A stretch of DNA of 64,000 nt, from positions 32,001 to 96,000 of IMG/VR virus record IMGVR_UViG_3300045994_000055; one strand, given 5' to 3'. This document shows positions 1 to 11,200 of this stretch, in pieces. A program made the position numbers and the translations under genes. The notes under the pieces were generated by a model, which had not been told where the DNA came from, searched no databases, and was given only the letters and a program-made list of their open reading frames with translations. Positions within the stretch are counted from its first letter, which is position 1. Each line of letters starts with the position of its first letter. The DNA is from a virus.

Positions 1-317
1 TAATCTAGTTGTTTGCTATATTCTTGACAGCAGTATGCAAATGTGATTGGTGGGTTTACCTTAATGTTATATGCGTCGTTGTACTCTAGTAGATTTCGTG
101 TGTAAATATTGATTTTACTTTTGGGAAAATTGAATAAGGTGCATAGGCTGTCGAGTAACTTGTACAAGCCTAACATTTCTATGTCTGGGCCCTCACTATT
201 CAGCATGATAGATACTTCTCTGCCAAGTAACATTTGCTGTACTATGTTACCCACCTTTGATTCCAACCCACTAAACCCTAGGTCAGTATTTGGTAAATTT
301 ATTGCAGAATAAATCAT
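1..317 (-). CDS. Hypothetical protein, 3'-truncated by the window edge
   Basis: Manual translation MIYSAINLPNTDLGFSGLESKVG...EGPD... is open to position 1; its ATG overlaps the TGA of the upstream gene (ATGA). Confidence 0.7.
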   Translation of the reverse strand, partial: MIYSAINLPNTDLGFSGLESKVGNIVQQMLLGREVSIMLNSEGPDIEMLGLYKLLDSLCTLFNFPKSKINIYTRNLLEYNDAYNIKVNPPITFAYCCQEYSKQLD

Positions 318-1207
318 TCTCTTGTCATGATCCCTGGGTCTTTGTACCCTGCTCTGTAGTGGTGCTTGAAGAATTTGCTTTGCTGTGCATCCATATCTAG
401 AATAGGTAGACCAAGCCTAGTACGTACTGCTTCACTAAACTCAATGCCAGCAAAGTCTCTATTTTGATATTGATCCCACAGTTCCTTTAACTTTGTAAAG
501 TCTTGTACGTCTTTGTAGTTCCAGTCTGTTAGCATTGTCATGTACGTACCAAGGCGTGCGCCATAAATTGCGTATATACCATTCTCTGCATCGCAACCGA
601 CATTATGCCAAATAGTTAAGTTGTCCATGTTACGCTGTACTACCGCAGTCTTGAACTCTTCTAGTGTAGGTTTTTTGCCACGATTAAGAGACATCTTAAC
701 ACCTTCCCTAAACCCGGCGCGCCAGGCTTGAAACGGTGTACCGTTAGGGTACGTTGTAGAATAACAACCGCCCATGGCCCAGTACTTCGGGTCAAAGCAG
801 AATTCGACATCAGTTTCATCGCTCCCAGTTGATGCTTCGTGTGTCTGCATATTCATGACAAAATCTTTAGTCCAGCAAGAGATGCCTCCGTTGCCGTACA
901 TTAGTCCGTTTACTTCGTTACGTGCTTTCCAGCGGAAAACACTCTCGCGATTAGAATCGTCTATTGTTAGTTGCTTGTTAAAGAAAGCAGGGTCAGGTAT
1001 ATTATCGCCGTCAATAAGTATAAAACGTTCAGTATCAGAAGCCATCGCAGCGCCTTTATGAGCTGCGTCTGATCCCACAATCCCATCCACCCTCTTAGCC
1101 CATGGTACCATGTTTTGAAGCTTGATCCAAAACTCTTCTTTTTTAGGTTCGTCATATGTTAGGAAAATGCAGTCTAAGTCTGCAACGTCAATTAACTCTG
1201 TACTCAT
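314..1207 (-). CDS. Putative glycosyltransferase (GT-A-like)
   Basis: IFLTYDEP N-terminus and LIDGDN DxD motif; likely start MSTELID at 1207 (track start 1243). Confidence 0.55.
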   Translation of the reverse strand: MSTELIDVADLDCIFLTYDEPKKEEFWIKLQNMVPWAKRVDGIVGSDAAHKGAAMASDTERFILIDGDNIPDPAFFNKQLTIDDSNRESVFRWKARNEVNGLMYGNGGISCWTKDFVMNMQTHEASTGSDETDVEFCFDPKYWAMGGCYSTTYPNGTPFQAWRAGFREGVKMSLNRGKKPTLEEFKTAVVQRNMDNLTIWHNVGCDAENGIYAIYGARLGTYMTMLTDWNYKDVQDFTKLKELWDQYQNRDFAGIEFSEAVRTRLGLPILDMDAQQSKFFKHHYRAGYKDPGIMTRE

Positions 1208-1541
1208 AGTATTCGATATCTGTGTATGTTTCGTCTTGCTCAATAATTAAATTGGCATGGTTCTTTACTGTAGGGAATCCACTAGTAGACTTGCTTAATT
1301 GTACACGAAAGCCAGGGTCACTTTCAATCTTTTTGAGCTTACGGTTGACTACGGTGTATCTAAAGTAGTTCTCGTAGTCGTGTTGTGATACAACAATGTA
1401 GGTGCCAGGTTCATGCGATTGCATGGAGCAACTTGTAATGTTGCCATCTACATTGTAGTAAATTCTGTATTCTAGTGGTTCTATGTATAGCGGCTGAGTG
1501 GCAGCTATTGCTTTGAGAAATTCTGATTCTGCATCAGTCAT
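1188..1541 (-). CDS. Hypothetical protein
   Basis: ORF overlaps both neighbours; likely start MTDAE at 1541. Confidence 0.65.
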   Translation of the reverse strand: MTDAESEFLKAIAATQPLYIEPLEYRIYYNVDGNITSCSMQSHEPGTYIVVSQHDYENYFRYTVVNRKLKKIESDPGFRVQLSKSTSGFPTVKNHANLIIEQDETYTDIEYYEYRVN

Positions 1542-2340
1542 TGTATTTATAGCTTTTGTCATAATAATGGACTGGATGGTATTGATTTAAATTGTTGATA
1601 CGGATCATGTTTCCATCAGTCTCGGTCATTACTGTATCAAATACTGTACGTGCATCTGACCAGGCCTGTATACCTGATTTAAGGTGCACGAAGTTAATGA
1701 AGTCCATGCTTGGCATTGTGCATTGCTCCATGCCTACAGCGTGAGCAGTTAATGCGTATAGCACATCAGTGGAGGGGTAGTCTTCATCGCAACCAATCAG
1801 GCTGGTCTTGACTGCTTCCCAATTAGAGATGATGCTGAATGCTGCACCAAAGAACTCTGCTGCGGGCCTACTGTACCTAAAGTACATTAAGCCATTGTAC
1901 ACGTCAGGCAAGTGGTTGTCATCAAACATCTTGCGATACTTGCGCACGGCAGAAGCGTTGCCTCTGTAGTTTTTACAACCCGTAGATAGTACAACGTCCC
2001 TAAGCCTAAATGCATGTAACCAATGATCAATACTGCGAGTAAACAGGAGATCGCTTTCGAGTTTAATTGTTTCCTTAAACGGGGTTAACGAAAATGCATA
2101 CGGCTCGAGTGACATTGCAGGCATGTCAGTCTCAGGCAGTTCAACTACGTAATCAAACACCTTTTCCATTGCGGGTGTAATTTCTTTGGACGTAGCTTTA
2201 TCTACAAAAACAGCGTACCGATTATTTTTTTGCGTTGCTTTAATGTTCTTTGCTTGCATATACGCAAGGCGCAGGTAGTCAGTCTCCGCGGAGTTAATAG
2301 CAAACGTGGCAAAGCCTAATTGTTCTTTGTGGTTAAACAC
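1534..2340 (-). CDS. Putative GT8-like glycosyltransferase
   Basis: TPFKETIKLESD motif and YNGLMYF; GTG start at 2340 with GAGGAG SD; resembles the adjacent gene. Confidence 0.55.
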   Translation of the reverse strand: MFNHKEQLGFATFAINSAETDYLRLAYMQAKNIKATQKNNRYAVFVDKATSKEITPAMEKVFDYVVELPETDMPAMSLEPYAFSLTPFKETIKLESDLLFTRSIDHWLHAFRLRDVVLSTGCKNYRGNASAVRKYRKMFDDNHLPDVYNGLMYFRYSRPAAEFFGAAFSIISNWEAVKTSLIGCDEDYPSTDVLYALTAHAVGMEQCTMPSMDFINFVHLKSGIQAWSDARTVFDTVMTETDGNMIRINNLNQYHPVHYYDKSYKYND

Positions 2341-3154
2341 ACATCTCCTCGATGAATCGTGCAAAATTTGCACTTTGCAAATAGTCCTTATCCATAACGT
2401 GCACACATTGCTTTGGTATCATTACTGCTTTGTCTTTCATACGCACAGCAAGTAGACTGCCTTTTGTCTGTATGCTTTCTACTTGCTGTTCTAACGTAAG
2501 CATTACCCACGGGATGCCTTGATCTTCGTTCAAGTTGTAACCAGATATGATATTGTTAGCAATAGCAAAAGCGTAGTCATTTCGGTAGCTTCTACCGCCG
2601 ACATTGTATAGTTTGCAGTAATAAGGGTAGTTACGTTGGACGCGGCCCACCATATCAAAGAGCATTTCAGCTTTATCAGTTTTCCTAAATAGTACAACTG
2701 TAGCCCAAACGAATGGTAGTGAAGTAGTACCCATTTCTTCATTAGAAGGCCCATTTGTGTCCCTGTTATGATGCATTATTTTGTAGTCAAAATCCGTCTC
2801 AAACAATTTGAGTAAGCTGTCATCTAGCACCAAGTAATCAGTGTCTAGCAGTATCGTTTCTTCGTATGGTGAGAAAGCGTAGGCTGTATAGCGATCAAAA
2901 TTCTTCCACTGTACTTGTACATCGCTCAGGTCAGAACGAAAGTTGCCGTTTTTGGCATCTACTCTGTGCACGACATGGAAATCAAATTTGGGATCACCTG
3001 CCATATCAGTCACTAGCGTAACTGGCAGCTTCAGGTATTTTTCAATTAGTCTGGCGGCGTTATCTGCAATTCCAACGTAGTTTACAGTGGGCGAGTTGAA
3101 TGCAAATAGTATTACACCGCGCTTAGACTTTGCGGATTTGTTTGAGTTCGGCAT
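2333..3154 (-). CDS. Putative GT8-like glycosyltransferase
   Basis: SPYEETILLDTD DxD motif, WATVVLF, RNDYAF. Confidence 0.6.
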   Translation of the reverse strand: MPNSNKSAKSKRGVILFAFNSPTVNYVGIADNAARLIEKYLKLPVTLVTDMAGDPKFDFHVVHRVDAKNGNFRSDLSDVQVQWKNFDRYTAYAFSPYEETILLDTDYLVLDDSLLKLFETDFDYKIMHHNRDTNGPSNEEMGTTSLPFVWATVVLFRKTDKAEMLFDMVGRVQRNYPYYCKLYNVGGRSYRNDYAFAIANNIISGYNLNEDQGIPWVMLTLEQQVESIQTKGSLLAVRMKDKAVMIPKQCVHVMDKDYLQSANFARFIEEMCV

Positions 3155-3434
3155 GTTGCTGGGACCAACGGTTCATCACCTTTTGGTAATGTTGCTGTGC
3201 TGTGACTAGAAAGACTTGCTTGTCTACTTCAATTGGGTTTTGGTACGAGTCTTCCAAAAACAGTTCGTCAATGGGCCAAGTTGCCACAAACGCTAGAAGC
3301 TCTGGTGTAATTTTGAATAGCCCACCATTGTGTGCAAAATGGAGATCAGTTTGAATCTGTTCCCGTAGAATGGTTTTGTTGACTTGATAGTCGGTAGATT
3401 TTTTGATTTGATCTACGATTGGTTGAATGGTCAT
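3123..3434 (-). CDS. Hypothetical protein
   Basis: 103-aa ORF, first gene after a sigma70-type promoter. Confidence 0.7.
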   Translation of the reverse strand: MTIQPIVDQIKKSTDYQVNKTILREQIQTDLHFAHNGGLFKITPELLAFVATWPIDELFLEDSYQNPIEVDKQVFLVTAQQHYQKVMNRWSQQHAELKQIRKV

Positions 3435-3441
3435 AAATGAA

Positions 3442-3474
3442 AAAGCTAGTATGCCCTTACAGTATACTAGCTTT
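3442..3474 (-). terminator. Intrinsic terminator hairpin of the tail-fibre transcript, overlapping a -10 box
   Basis: 11-bp inverted repeat aaagctagtat/atactagcttt ending in a U-run on the minus strand. Confidence 0.65.
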
Positions 3475-3489
3475 CTCTTATGAAGTCAA
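3461..3489 (-). promoter_or_regulatory. Sigma70-type promoter for the glycosyltransferase cluster
   Basis: TTGACT-17 nt-TATACT on the minus strand. Confidence 0.7.
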
Positions 3490-3498
3490 CGTGTTTGA

Positions 3499-4359
3499 TT
3501 ACGCTACGGTAACTGTACCCCAGCTATTAGCCAAATATGTTGTTTCTGGTGGAGTTACGTCAACGCGGTGATTGATAGTAACGTTCAAGCTATCGTTAAT
3601 ACCTTGCTGTGCGGCAGAAACAACAACCAATGATAATGTAACAACGTTACCGGAAACAGAAGCACCAAGACTAACTGTGTCGCTAGTGTAAGCTGCTGTA
3701 GTGCCAGTTACAACCACAAAGTTTTGGTTAGATGCTGTTAAGTTAGCGTAGCCAAAAGCTGTGTTATTAGTATTCAACGTACCGCCAGTACCAGTGCGGC
3801 CACCGTTTGTTGCACGACGGAAAGCTGTCACACTGCCGAAGTTAGTACCAACTAAAGTTACAATAGCGCCAGAACGAGCCGATGCATCACCGTTAGTAAC
3901 GCCAGAAACTACAAAGTTTAATTGTCCGCCGCATTGGAAGAACTTTGCGGCACTTGTACTAAATGTAACTGTTCTGTTAATCGTTGTTGTTAATGCGCCT
4001 GCTGTATTTGCACTCGACCATACAGGACTAAACGTTGCGCCAGTCACCAAAGTACCTTGAGTGGCAAATGCATTAACGTTTGTTACTGCTGTGGAAACGC
4101 CAGTATTAACTGACGCCAAATATGTTACCGTTGTACCTGCCGTAGGCAATGTAATTGCTGCTGTGCCGCTTTGGTGTGCAAGGCAGTTGTTCAATGAACC
4201 GATTAATGTTGACCATTGTGCCGCTGTGACGGTATTACCAGTTGCCAAATTGGTGGGAACTGCGGTTTGGCCGTATGCTGTACTCCAAGTACCGTTTAAT
4301 GTTGTTGCTAACGAGTTGTAATCTGTTGCAGCAATTACGCCGCCTGATGAGTATGCCAT
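3499..4359 (-). CDS. Virion structural / tail-fibre-associated protein
   Basis: Thr/Gly/Ala/Ser-rich, MAY- start typical of these fibre genes, located in the tail block. Confidence 0.6.
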   Translation of the reverse strand: MAYSSGGVIAATDYNSLATTLNGTWSTAYGQTAVPTNLATGNTVTAAQWSTLIGSLNNCLAHQSGTAAITLPTAGTTVTYLASVNTGVSTAVTNVNAFATQGTLVTGATFSPVWSSANTAGALTTTINRTVTFSTSAAKFFQCGGQLNFVVSGVTNGDASARSGAIVTLVGTNFGSVTAFRRATNGGRTGTGGTLNTNNTAFGYANLTASNQNFVVVTGTTAAYTSDTVSLGASVSGNVVTLSLVVVSAAQQGINDSLNVTINHRVDVTPPETTYLANSWGTVTVA

Positions 4360-4374
4360 GGTTAATCCTGTATT

Positions 4375-5946
4375 TTAGTTATTTATTTTCACGATGGCTT
4401 CTATGAAAGAAATTCCATCCGTATATTTGTCCTGTAAGGCCCGTCCAATTACGTTCCAAGGGGTAATTTCATCTTTGGTTCCTGCCCTGGCAACACCGTT
4501 TCCGGCGCTAACTAAACGATCACCTTTTCGAATAATCCCGACTACTTTGACAGGGACTCTACCACTTAGTGCAACGGGAGGATGAGTGATGTCATCCCCG
4601 CTGTCTGCGTTCATTAAATAAGCTGCTTTCGTACTTATCACTCCGAACACTTTTTCACTGAGTTCAGCTTTAACAGAGGTGATTTCTGCACTTCCGCCTA
4701 GTTCAACTACTGTCCCTGCATCGTACTCTGCGTCTGACGCAAATCTTTCGGCCAAGTCAGCGTATTTTGCTTGCATACTTGTGCCATATATACTAGAGAA
4801 CCAATGTGTACTATCACCCAAATTCACCGCACCGTTAACTGCGGGAACTAATGATCCTGTGATAGAGTTAGATCCATCACGGGCCAATGCTGCATTGTCT
4901 ACATAAAATTTATTAGCAATGTCATTCGAATTTAATGGTGCCGACGATACCTCAGCATGTCCAGAAACTGCATTTGCAGTAAACACAGGCACAGTTACAC
5001 CAGTTTGGTTTACACAAATAGTAATGTTTTTACCGGTGACACCATGGCGTAATCTACCAGTACCAGTACCCGCTTCTACATCAAGAATAACTTCGCTGTT
5101 TGGTCCGATGCGCAATCCATCATTGCTGCTGATTGTCATTGGGACAGTGGACGGAACTGTAATGTCTGTTCTGGCAAAGTTATTGGCTGAAATTGCTACA
5201 CCGTTAACTATTAAATTTTCAGCAGTAGTGGCAATACCGTTATATTTGTATCCAAATGCACCATCAGTACTAAGGTTAAACCCTGGCTTGATTGTTGTAA
5301 ACCCTGGGACTGACGATGAAAATTGTGTCCCGCCATTGAGAATACCAACCAATGCATTGCTTACATAAAATTTAATTACGATGTGCTGGAGATTGTCCGT
5401 ACCAAGAATTGTGTCAGGGGTGGCACCAGTTTGACCGGTCGTAGTATTGTTTACTGGTCCGATTGTTAACCAGCCACCGTTACTTACTGCATTAGCGCCA
5501 GTGACAGCGCCAGTGAACAATTTTAGTTGTCTGTTTGCAGTATCCCACCACAAGTCACCGATAATAGGATCGTATGCCAAATACTTAGGAGTACCTACTG
5601 TAGGACCACCAGGCGAAGTTTCAGTTACTGGTTCGGACGAATAAATCGTCGACAGTGATTTCCAAATTGCTGGATTGCCGGCTGCTGTGGCCGCATTAAC
5701 TTTTAATACCTTGTTTGCAGTATCCCACCAAATTTGACCAGGTAGTGCTGCTGTGGGACTCTTAGTGTTTGCAAAATTTTCTAGTAGATAAACAAAGTTC
5801 TCGTTTAACAACTTACCATAGCCTGGGTAATTTTTACCAATCAATGAAAGGCTAGTAGATCCAGTGTTAACTGTACCGTCTTGTAGTCCTGCATCGCCCA
5901 TTCCTGGGATTGTACTTCCGTTTGCTAGTGATATTGAATAAGCCAT
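4375..5946 (-). CDS. Tail fibre protein with C-terminal intramolecular chaperone (peptidase G2-like) domain
   Basis: N-terminal LIGKNYPGYG...NENF..LLENF...GQIWWD module; C-terminal YADLAE...GRVPVKV...GD.LV motif. Confidence 0.7.
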   Translation of the reverse strand: MAYSISLANGSTIPGMGDAGLQDGTVNTGSTSLSLIGKNYPGYGKLLNENFVYLLENFANTKSPTAALPGQIWWDTANKVLKVNAATAAGNPAIWKSLSTIYSSEPVTETSPGGPTVGTPKYLAYDPIIGDLWWDTANRQLKLFTGAVTGANAVSNGGWLTIGPVNNTTTGQTGATPDTILGTDNLQHIVIKFYVSNALVGILNGGTQFSSSVPGFTTIKPGFNLSTDGAFGYKYNGIATTAENLIVNGVAISANNFARTDITVPSTVPMTISSNDGLRIGPNSEVILDVEAGTGTGRLRHGVTGKNITICVNQTGVTVPVFTANAVSGHAEVSSAPLNSNDIANKFYVDNAALARDGSNSITGSLVPAVNGAVNLGDSTHWFSSIYGTSMQAKYADLAERFASDAEYDAGTVVELGGSAEITSVKAELSEKVFGVISTKAAYLMNADSGDDITHPPVALSGRVPVKVVGIIRKGDRLVSAGNGVARAGTKDEITPWNVIGRALQDKYTDGISFIEAIVKINN

Positions 5947-5978
5947 GCTGTATTTATGCTAGAAATTATGTGCGTGTA

Positions 5979-6395
5979 TTACCACGTTTGACTCAGTGCA
6001 GTCCGAGTCCAAATGTTTGTTGTTCCGTTATAACTTCCAGTACACATATACAAGTACGCAGAGTCTACTGCCATCATACCTGCTTTGTCTCCAACTGCAC
6101 CTGTTGCACTAGTAGGAGCATTGTGCCACAATCCAAGTTTTACCCAATTGCCACCAGTAAACACATTGAGCGAGCCAACAGTGCTATCCCACCATTGCTG
6201 TCCACTTAGTGGATTGGCAGGAGAAGCAGGGCTAGAAAAATTTTCAGTGATACGGACAAAATTTTCATTTTGCAACGCACCGTAGTTTGTAACTTTTCTA
6301 CCAATTAAGGAAATACCTGCATGGGAACGGTCAACTGCTCCGTCTACTACTGTAGCCAGCAAGGTACCGTTTGTCTGTTTAACTAAGTAGGCCAT
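5979..6395 (-). CDS. Short structural protein sharing the fibre N-terminal module
   Basis: LIGRKVTNYG...NENF...ENF...GQQWWD matches the N-terminus of 4375..5946. Confidence 0.65.
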   Translation of the reverse strand: MAYLVKQTNGTLLATVVDGAVDRSHAGISLIGRKVTNYGALQNENFVRITENFSSPASPANPLSGQQWWDSTVGSLNVFTGGNWVKLGLWHNAPTSATGAVGDKAGMMAVDSAYLYMCTGSYNGTTNIWTRTALSQTW

Positions 6396-6397
6396 AA

Positions 6398-7042
6398 TTA
6401 CCCAATATAAGATAAGTTGGTCAATGCTTGTATACGGATCGTGTAATCGATCTTAATTTTGCGGTTTAAGGACTTTTGCACAGGGTGGAAAACCACGTGT
6501 GTAAGCATTTTACCTGACGTACTAAAGAGACCTAGTTCATCAAATACGTATTGTTCGTTTAAGTTTTGGCTATTGTCAAAAGCCGCTTGGCCTTGTGGTT
6601 CACCGTAGTCTAGCAACATAGTTACTAGGATGTCAGTATACACTTTACCGGGGATGTGACGAATTTCCATCTTATTGTTAAGTGGATCTAAATTCTCTGC
6701 ACTTGTACCGTCAATAACTTTAGTGAATGTCTGATTGTACAATGCAGCATTCTGGTTATTAGTGTTGGTTGGCAAGTAGTTGATAACACCCGTAGGGTCA
6801 ACGGATGTTCCACCGTTGCCTAAGTTAATGGTCTTAATAAAGTTACCAGAAAGATCAGCCAAGCTATATGCGATAGCTTCAGACATGTTCTCGTAGTGGA
6901 TCGCGTTTGGTTTATCGTGAAATACTTCGTTCGTTTCCGGATCATAGATCTTGATGTGTCCGCGAATATTCAACCCGCCTTGTTCGTCGGGTTGTTTTTC
7001 TTCTTGAATAGGCATAGGTTGGACCTCCTTAGGCTCATCCAT
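6398..7042 (-). CDS. Putative baseplate / fibre-attachment protein
   Basis: FDELGL and THVVFHPVQKS motifs; lies between the giant baseplate gene and the fibre genes. Confidence 0.55.
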   Translation of the reverse strand: MDEPKEVQPMPIQEEKQPDEQGGLNIRGHIKIYDPETNEVFHDKPNAIHYENMSEAIAYSLADLSGNFIKTINLGNGGTSVDPTGVINYLPTNTNNQNAALYNQTFTKVIDGTSAENLDPLNNKMEIRHIPGKVYTDILVTMLLDYGEPQGQAAFDNSQNLNEQYVFDELGLFSTSGKMLTHVVFHPVQKSLNRKIKIDYTIRIQALTNLSYIG

Positions 7043-7043
7043 T

Positions 7044-8171
7044 TTATAGACGACCTACTACGATTTCAATTACGCCAACTGCGGCGCTACTGTAGTTTTC
7101 CAATGCCTTACCAATGATAGAGCCTAGCACAGGATTAGTTGCTACAGTAGCAACACCTGGGATATCGCTAGTTGTTAGCATATCACCACGGGAGATAGAG
7201 CCAACAACTTTACAAGGCACACGACCTTGCAACCCAACTGCCGCAACATAATCAGCAGTTAATCCTGCATTCATCAGATGAGCAGGTTGCGTGGACACAA
7301 CACCAGCCACTTTAGTATTGCTTGCACCAACTGCAATTGTTACTTCACTTGTAGTACCAAAGCACAAAACAGTGCCTGGCTCGTAGGTAGCATCAGCTAC
7401 ATACATTTCAGCCAAGTCAGCGTAACGTGCAGTTGTCGCTTGACCATAAATTGTAGCAAAGTAGTTGCTTGGTCCGCCTAAGTTCAACGTACCGTTGGAG
7501 GTAGGGAGGAACGTGCTAGACATTGTGTAATTTGTTGCGTTAACCGTGGTTGCAGACAATGTAGTAGGGCTTAACGTCGCTACACTTACTGTTCCAGCGT
7601 TCAATGTAGTAACTGTGGCTGTACCGTTGACTGTTAAACCAGTTAGCGAACCAACGGATGTAATATTTGTTTGGGCTGCGCCAGTTACGGTTGCTGCTGA
7701 CCCAGTAACACTACCAGCAATAGGGCTAGTTACTGTCAAATTAGTAAGAGTACCAATTGTTGTAATCGCTGGCTGGGACGGGGTAGCAATCGCACCGTAT
7801 AACGAAACGGCATGGACAGTAGCCGATGCATTAAAGTTTGGAGCATCAACATTACCGCTAAACGATGAAGCGCCAGTTACTGCTAAATTATTAACTGTCA
7901 AGTTACCAGTAATAGAACCAGTAGTTGCTGTAATACTTGTCGCAGCTAAGACACCGTTAATGGTACCTGCTCCATTAACCGTTAATGAACCAGCAGTCAG
8001 TGCACCTGCGATAGTTGCACTGTTTGCGCTCAATGCTGGCAAAGCTGCCAAATAGCTCTTTAGATTTGCACCGGTGATGCGCTGGGTAATACCAACCGTT
8101 TCTACCGGAATATTTGTATAGTCCAGAATTGTGTTGATTTCTGGTAAACCGCTGATTGTAATCGTTGCCAT
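7044..8171 (-). CDS. Tail fibre/spike protein with peptidase G2-like chaperone domain
   Basis: Thr-rich beta repeats; YADLAEMY...GRVPCKV...GKALE C-terminus. Confidence 0.7.
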   Translation of the reverse strand: MATITISGLPEINTILDYTNIPVETVGITQRITGANLKSYLAALPALSANSATIAGALTAGSLTVNGAGTINGVLAATSITATTGSITGNLTVNNLAVTGASSFSGNVDAPNFNASATVHAVSLYGAIATPSQPAITTIGTLTNLTVTSPIAGSVTGSAATVTGAAQTNITSVGSLTGLTVNGTATVTTLNAGTVSVATLSPTTLSATTVNATNYTMSSTFLPTSNGTLNLGGPSNYFATIYGQATTARYADLAEMYVADATYEPGTVLCFGTTSEVTIAVGASNTKVAGVVSTQPAHLMNAGLTADYVAAVGLQGRVPCKVVGSISRGDMLTTSDIPGVATVATNPVLGSIIGKALENYSSAAVGVIEIVVGRL

Positions 8172-8216
8172 GTTAAAAACGCCTTAATATGTTATATTTA
8201 TGTATTTATTCACCAT

Positions 8217-11200
8217 TTAAATCTCACCGCGAATAAATCGCGACTGAATGGTCGTCGAAAGCATCATACCGCCCCCGTCTGTTATCGCTCCCACTGATGC
8301 AGGAACTGTTCCTAAGTAATCACCGCTTAATCCACCGCTATTCCACGAGAATCCCATTGCAGTTAGCACTGGATCTGTTTGAATAGTAACCCCATCCATA
8401 ATTTGTGTACCTAAATCCCACGTTGTTGGCGGAATACCTTGTGTTAAAACGTCCCACCCAACAGGTACAAACCCAGCTTCAGTGGTAAGTGTAAATGCCC
8501 CGAAGTCAGAAGCCAATACATTTTCCCAAATTCCCTCGACTGCTGCTGAAATAATGATCTCAGCACCAAGCGCAGGGGCAGCTGGTATAAATCCAGGAGT
8601 ATAAGGGTTAGAACCAATGCGTACAAACTTAATTTTTACTGGATGAGTTTGAATTACTTCAAAATTTGTAACTTTCTTGCCCGCAACTGTAACCTTTACC
8701 GTTTCTGGGTAAATGGTGTTGATGAAATGTGTCTCAAACACTGTAGTAACGTTATCACCGTGACGAATCTCAGGGCCGCCTTGGACAGTAACGTCTGGGA
8801 CATACGAAGTACCTGGAATAATTTGATCACCACCAGCATCAACTACAAATGACCCAGCGGCATGCAATGCAGCACCGCCAGTACCTTCAGCAGCTCTACG
8901 AATCTGTGTTAATGTGCTATTCGCTTCGTCCACACCATAGAAGGTAATCAACTCACCGTTAATGAACACACGACCTGGCGCATCTAAGTCTACACTTGGG
9001 TAAGATAGTATATAAATGTTGTCAACATGCACTACTGTATCAGTGATATGTAGGTCTTGTGTTAACGATGTTGTATACTTAGGAAGAATACGTGTGTACG
9101 ATACTTTTCCGTTCATATCGTAGAAATCTCTCCAACCAATTAGCTCGTATTGTGACTGTGACAAGATTGCAGTGGCATGAGCCGGCGCAATGTTAGTACC
9201 TGTGATAACAATCGCTGGATTAGAATTGATAGTTAACCCTGCGCCACTGCTGACAATAGTGAACGAAGTTATCGCTCCATTAGCAGCAAGCACTGGCACA
9301 AGGTTAGCGTTATTGATACCATTAACAGTTACATGAACTGGAATAATTCCAGTTACATCTACACCCTTGGACGCTTTGTCAACAATAGAGGCAGCATCGT
9401 CGTAACCATAGCCAACGTCCTGTACTGTAATACTGCTGATAGTGAACACATTCGTGTCAAAACCATTGGTGTTAGCTTGCAAGACTTGGATGTCTAGTGT
9501 TTCGTATACACGACCTGGCATCATTTCTTCAGGTGCATGAGAACTAAATGTATCGTAGTATTGGCCACCGTCTATTAGAATGTCCTCTGGGCGTTCGCCT
9601 AAGCCTAACGACTTCACGTCTCCATTACCATAAAACTTACGCACATCCTTGTATGCTGAAGCAATAGTAGAATCAATTTGGTTACCAGCTATAACAAGCG
9701 CAGACAAAGGCATCGCAGTAGCAAATTCAATCTTACTCACTTTGCTACTATCTAAGTATGGTTCAGTGTTATCTATAATCCACTTACCAGTAAGCCAATT
9801 GATACGGATATCACCGTCACCAGCAGTAGGCGACGATGGCATTACGATGTTGTTTGTTAATTGGAAGAATTGGCCAACTGTTGGGTCTGTTAAGTCAGTT
9901 GACGACAAGTTAGCAGTTTGGCTAGCTACATTACCCCATACATCCAACGTTATTGCACTAGCTTGCGCAATGTAATATTCAAAATTAACTGACGCATTTA
10001 CAATATACGACTCTGGGGGTCCCGAGATCACACCGCCAACTATGCCGTCAATCCACATCCCTGTAGGTTTTGTGTCTCCTATGTTATATCCTGGTGGAAG
10101 CACATCTCCAGTCTGGAATGTCTCTAGTGTCCAAGAGCCAGTCTTGAAGAAGAAGCCTGTGACGTCTGGCGTCACAGAGTGCTGTAGTATGTCACTGCTG
10201 ACAGCAAACGTGCCAATCACTGTATCTTCAGAATACTTGCTGCCAGTAATGGTGACACCAGGGTATTCAATACCATTAACTAGCTGTGTTAACGAATTAC
10301 CAGGCATTCCTTCACCAGGTGCATAGTAACCAGTAATTCTATCGTTGTTAGTAATTAGAACGTTGCCTTGATCAAGCTTAACAAACTTGCTGTAGTCAAA
10401 CAAATCATGCAATGCACTAACTGGAATAGAAAACTCAAGTACACTTTGTATACCTTGCGCATCTTGCGCCACAAAGGTGAATCCAGCAACTTGTGGTGGC
10501 GGAACAGGGCTAGGGTTGTGACTACTATCCAATGGGCGTGTGTCATTAGTAGGACCAGCATGCCATACATGTTTAATGGTCGCTGACTGCGCTGATTCTG
10601 TTGGTATAACTGGTAAGTAAATGTCACCACCATAAGCAACTAGCACACCACTTTCCAACCATACTGTTGGTTCCGCGGCATTTGAAGTATTAAACAATAC
10701 TTGCGCAGTTCCTCCAGTAATCGTGCCGGCCATCAATATTCCACTAAAGTCAACAATGCCAATATTGCTTTCAAAATGTCCGGCATCGCCAGCCCACAAA
10801 TATTGTTGACTGGAGGATGAATCTGACGATCCCAATGTCGCAAAATATTCTGTGTTAGGTTCCCACTGTACTACTTGCGTATCGTAAGTAATACGGTCAA
10901 ACTTAAGTTCTGTGGTTACACTGCGCACAGTGTTATAACTATGCCCAACATCAACCTTAAATTCATTGCGCAACAAAGGTACTAGAACTAGTCCTTCACC
11001 GTTGCCATTAACAGTCACAGTAGGTATGCTTGTATAACCGCTACCTGGATTAGTGATAGTAACTGTCAATACTTTGCCACCAACTGGTTGCGATGCTTTA
11101 GCTGTCGCGCCAGTACCACCGCCACCAGAAATAGTTATGATTGGGGCAGTTGTATAGTTGTCTCCAGACGCTGATACTGCAATTTCAACTACTTTGTATG

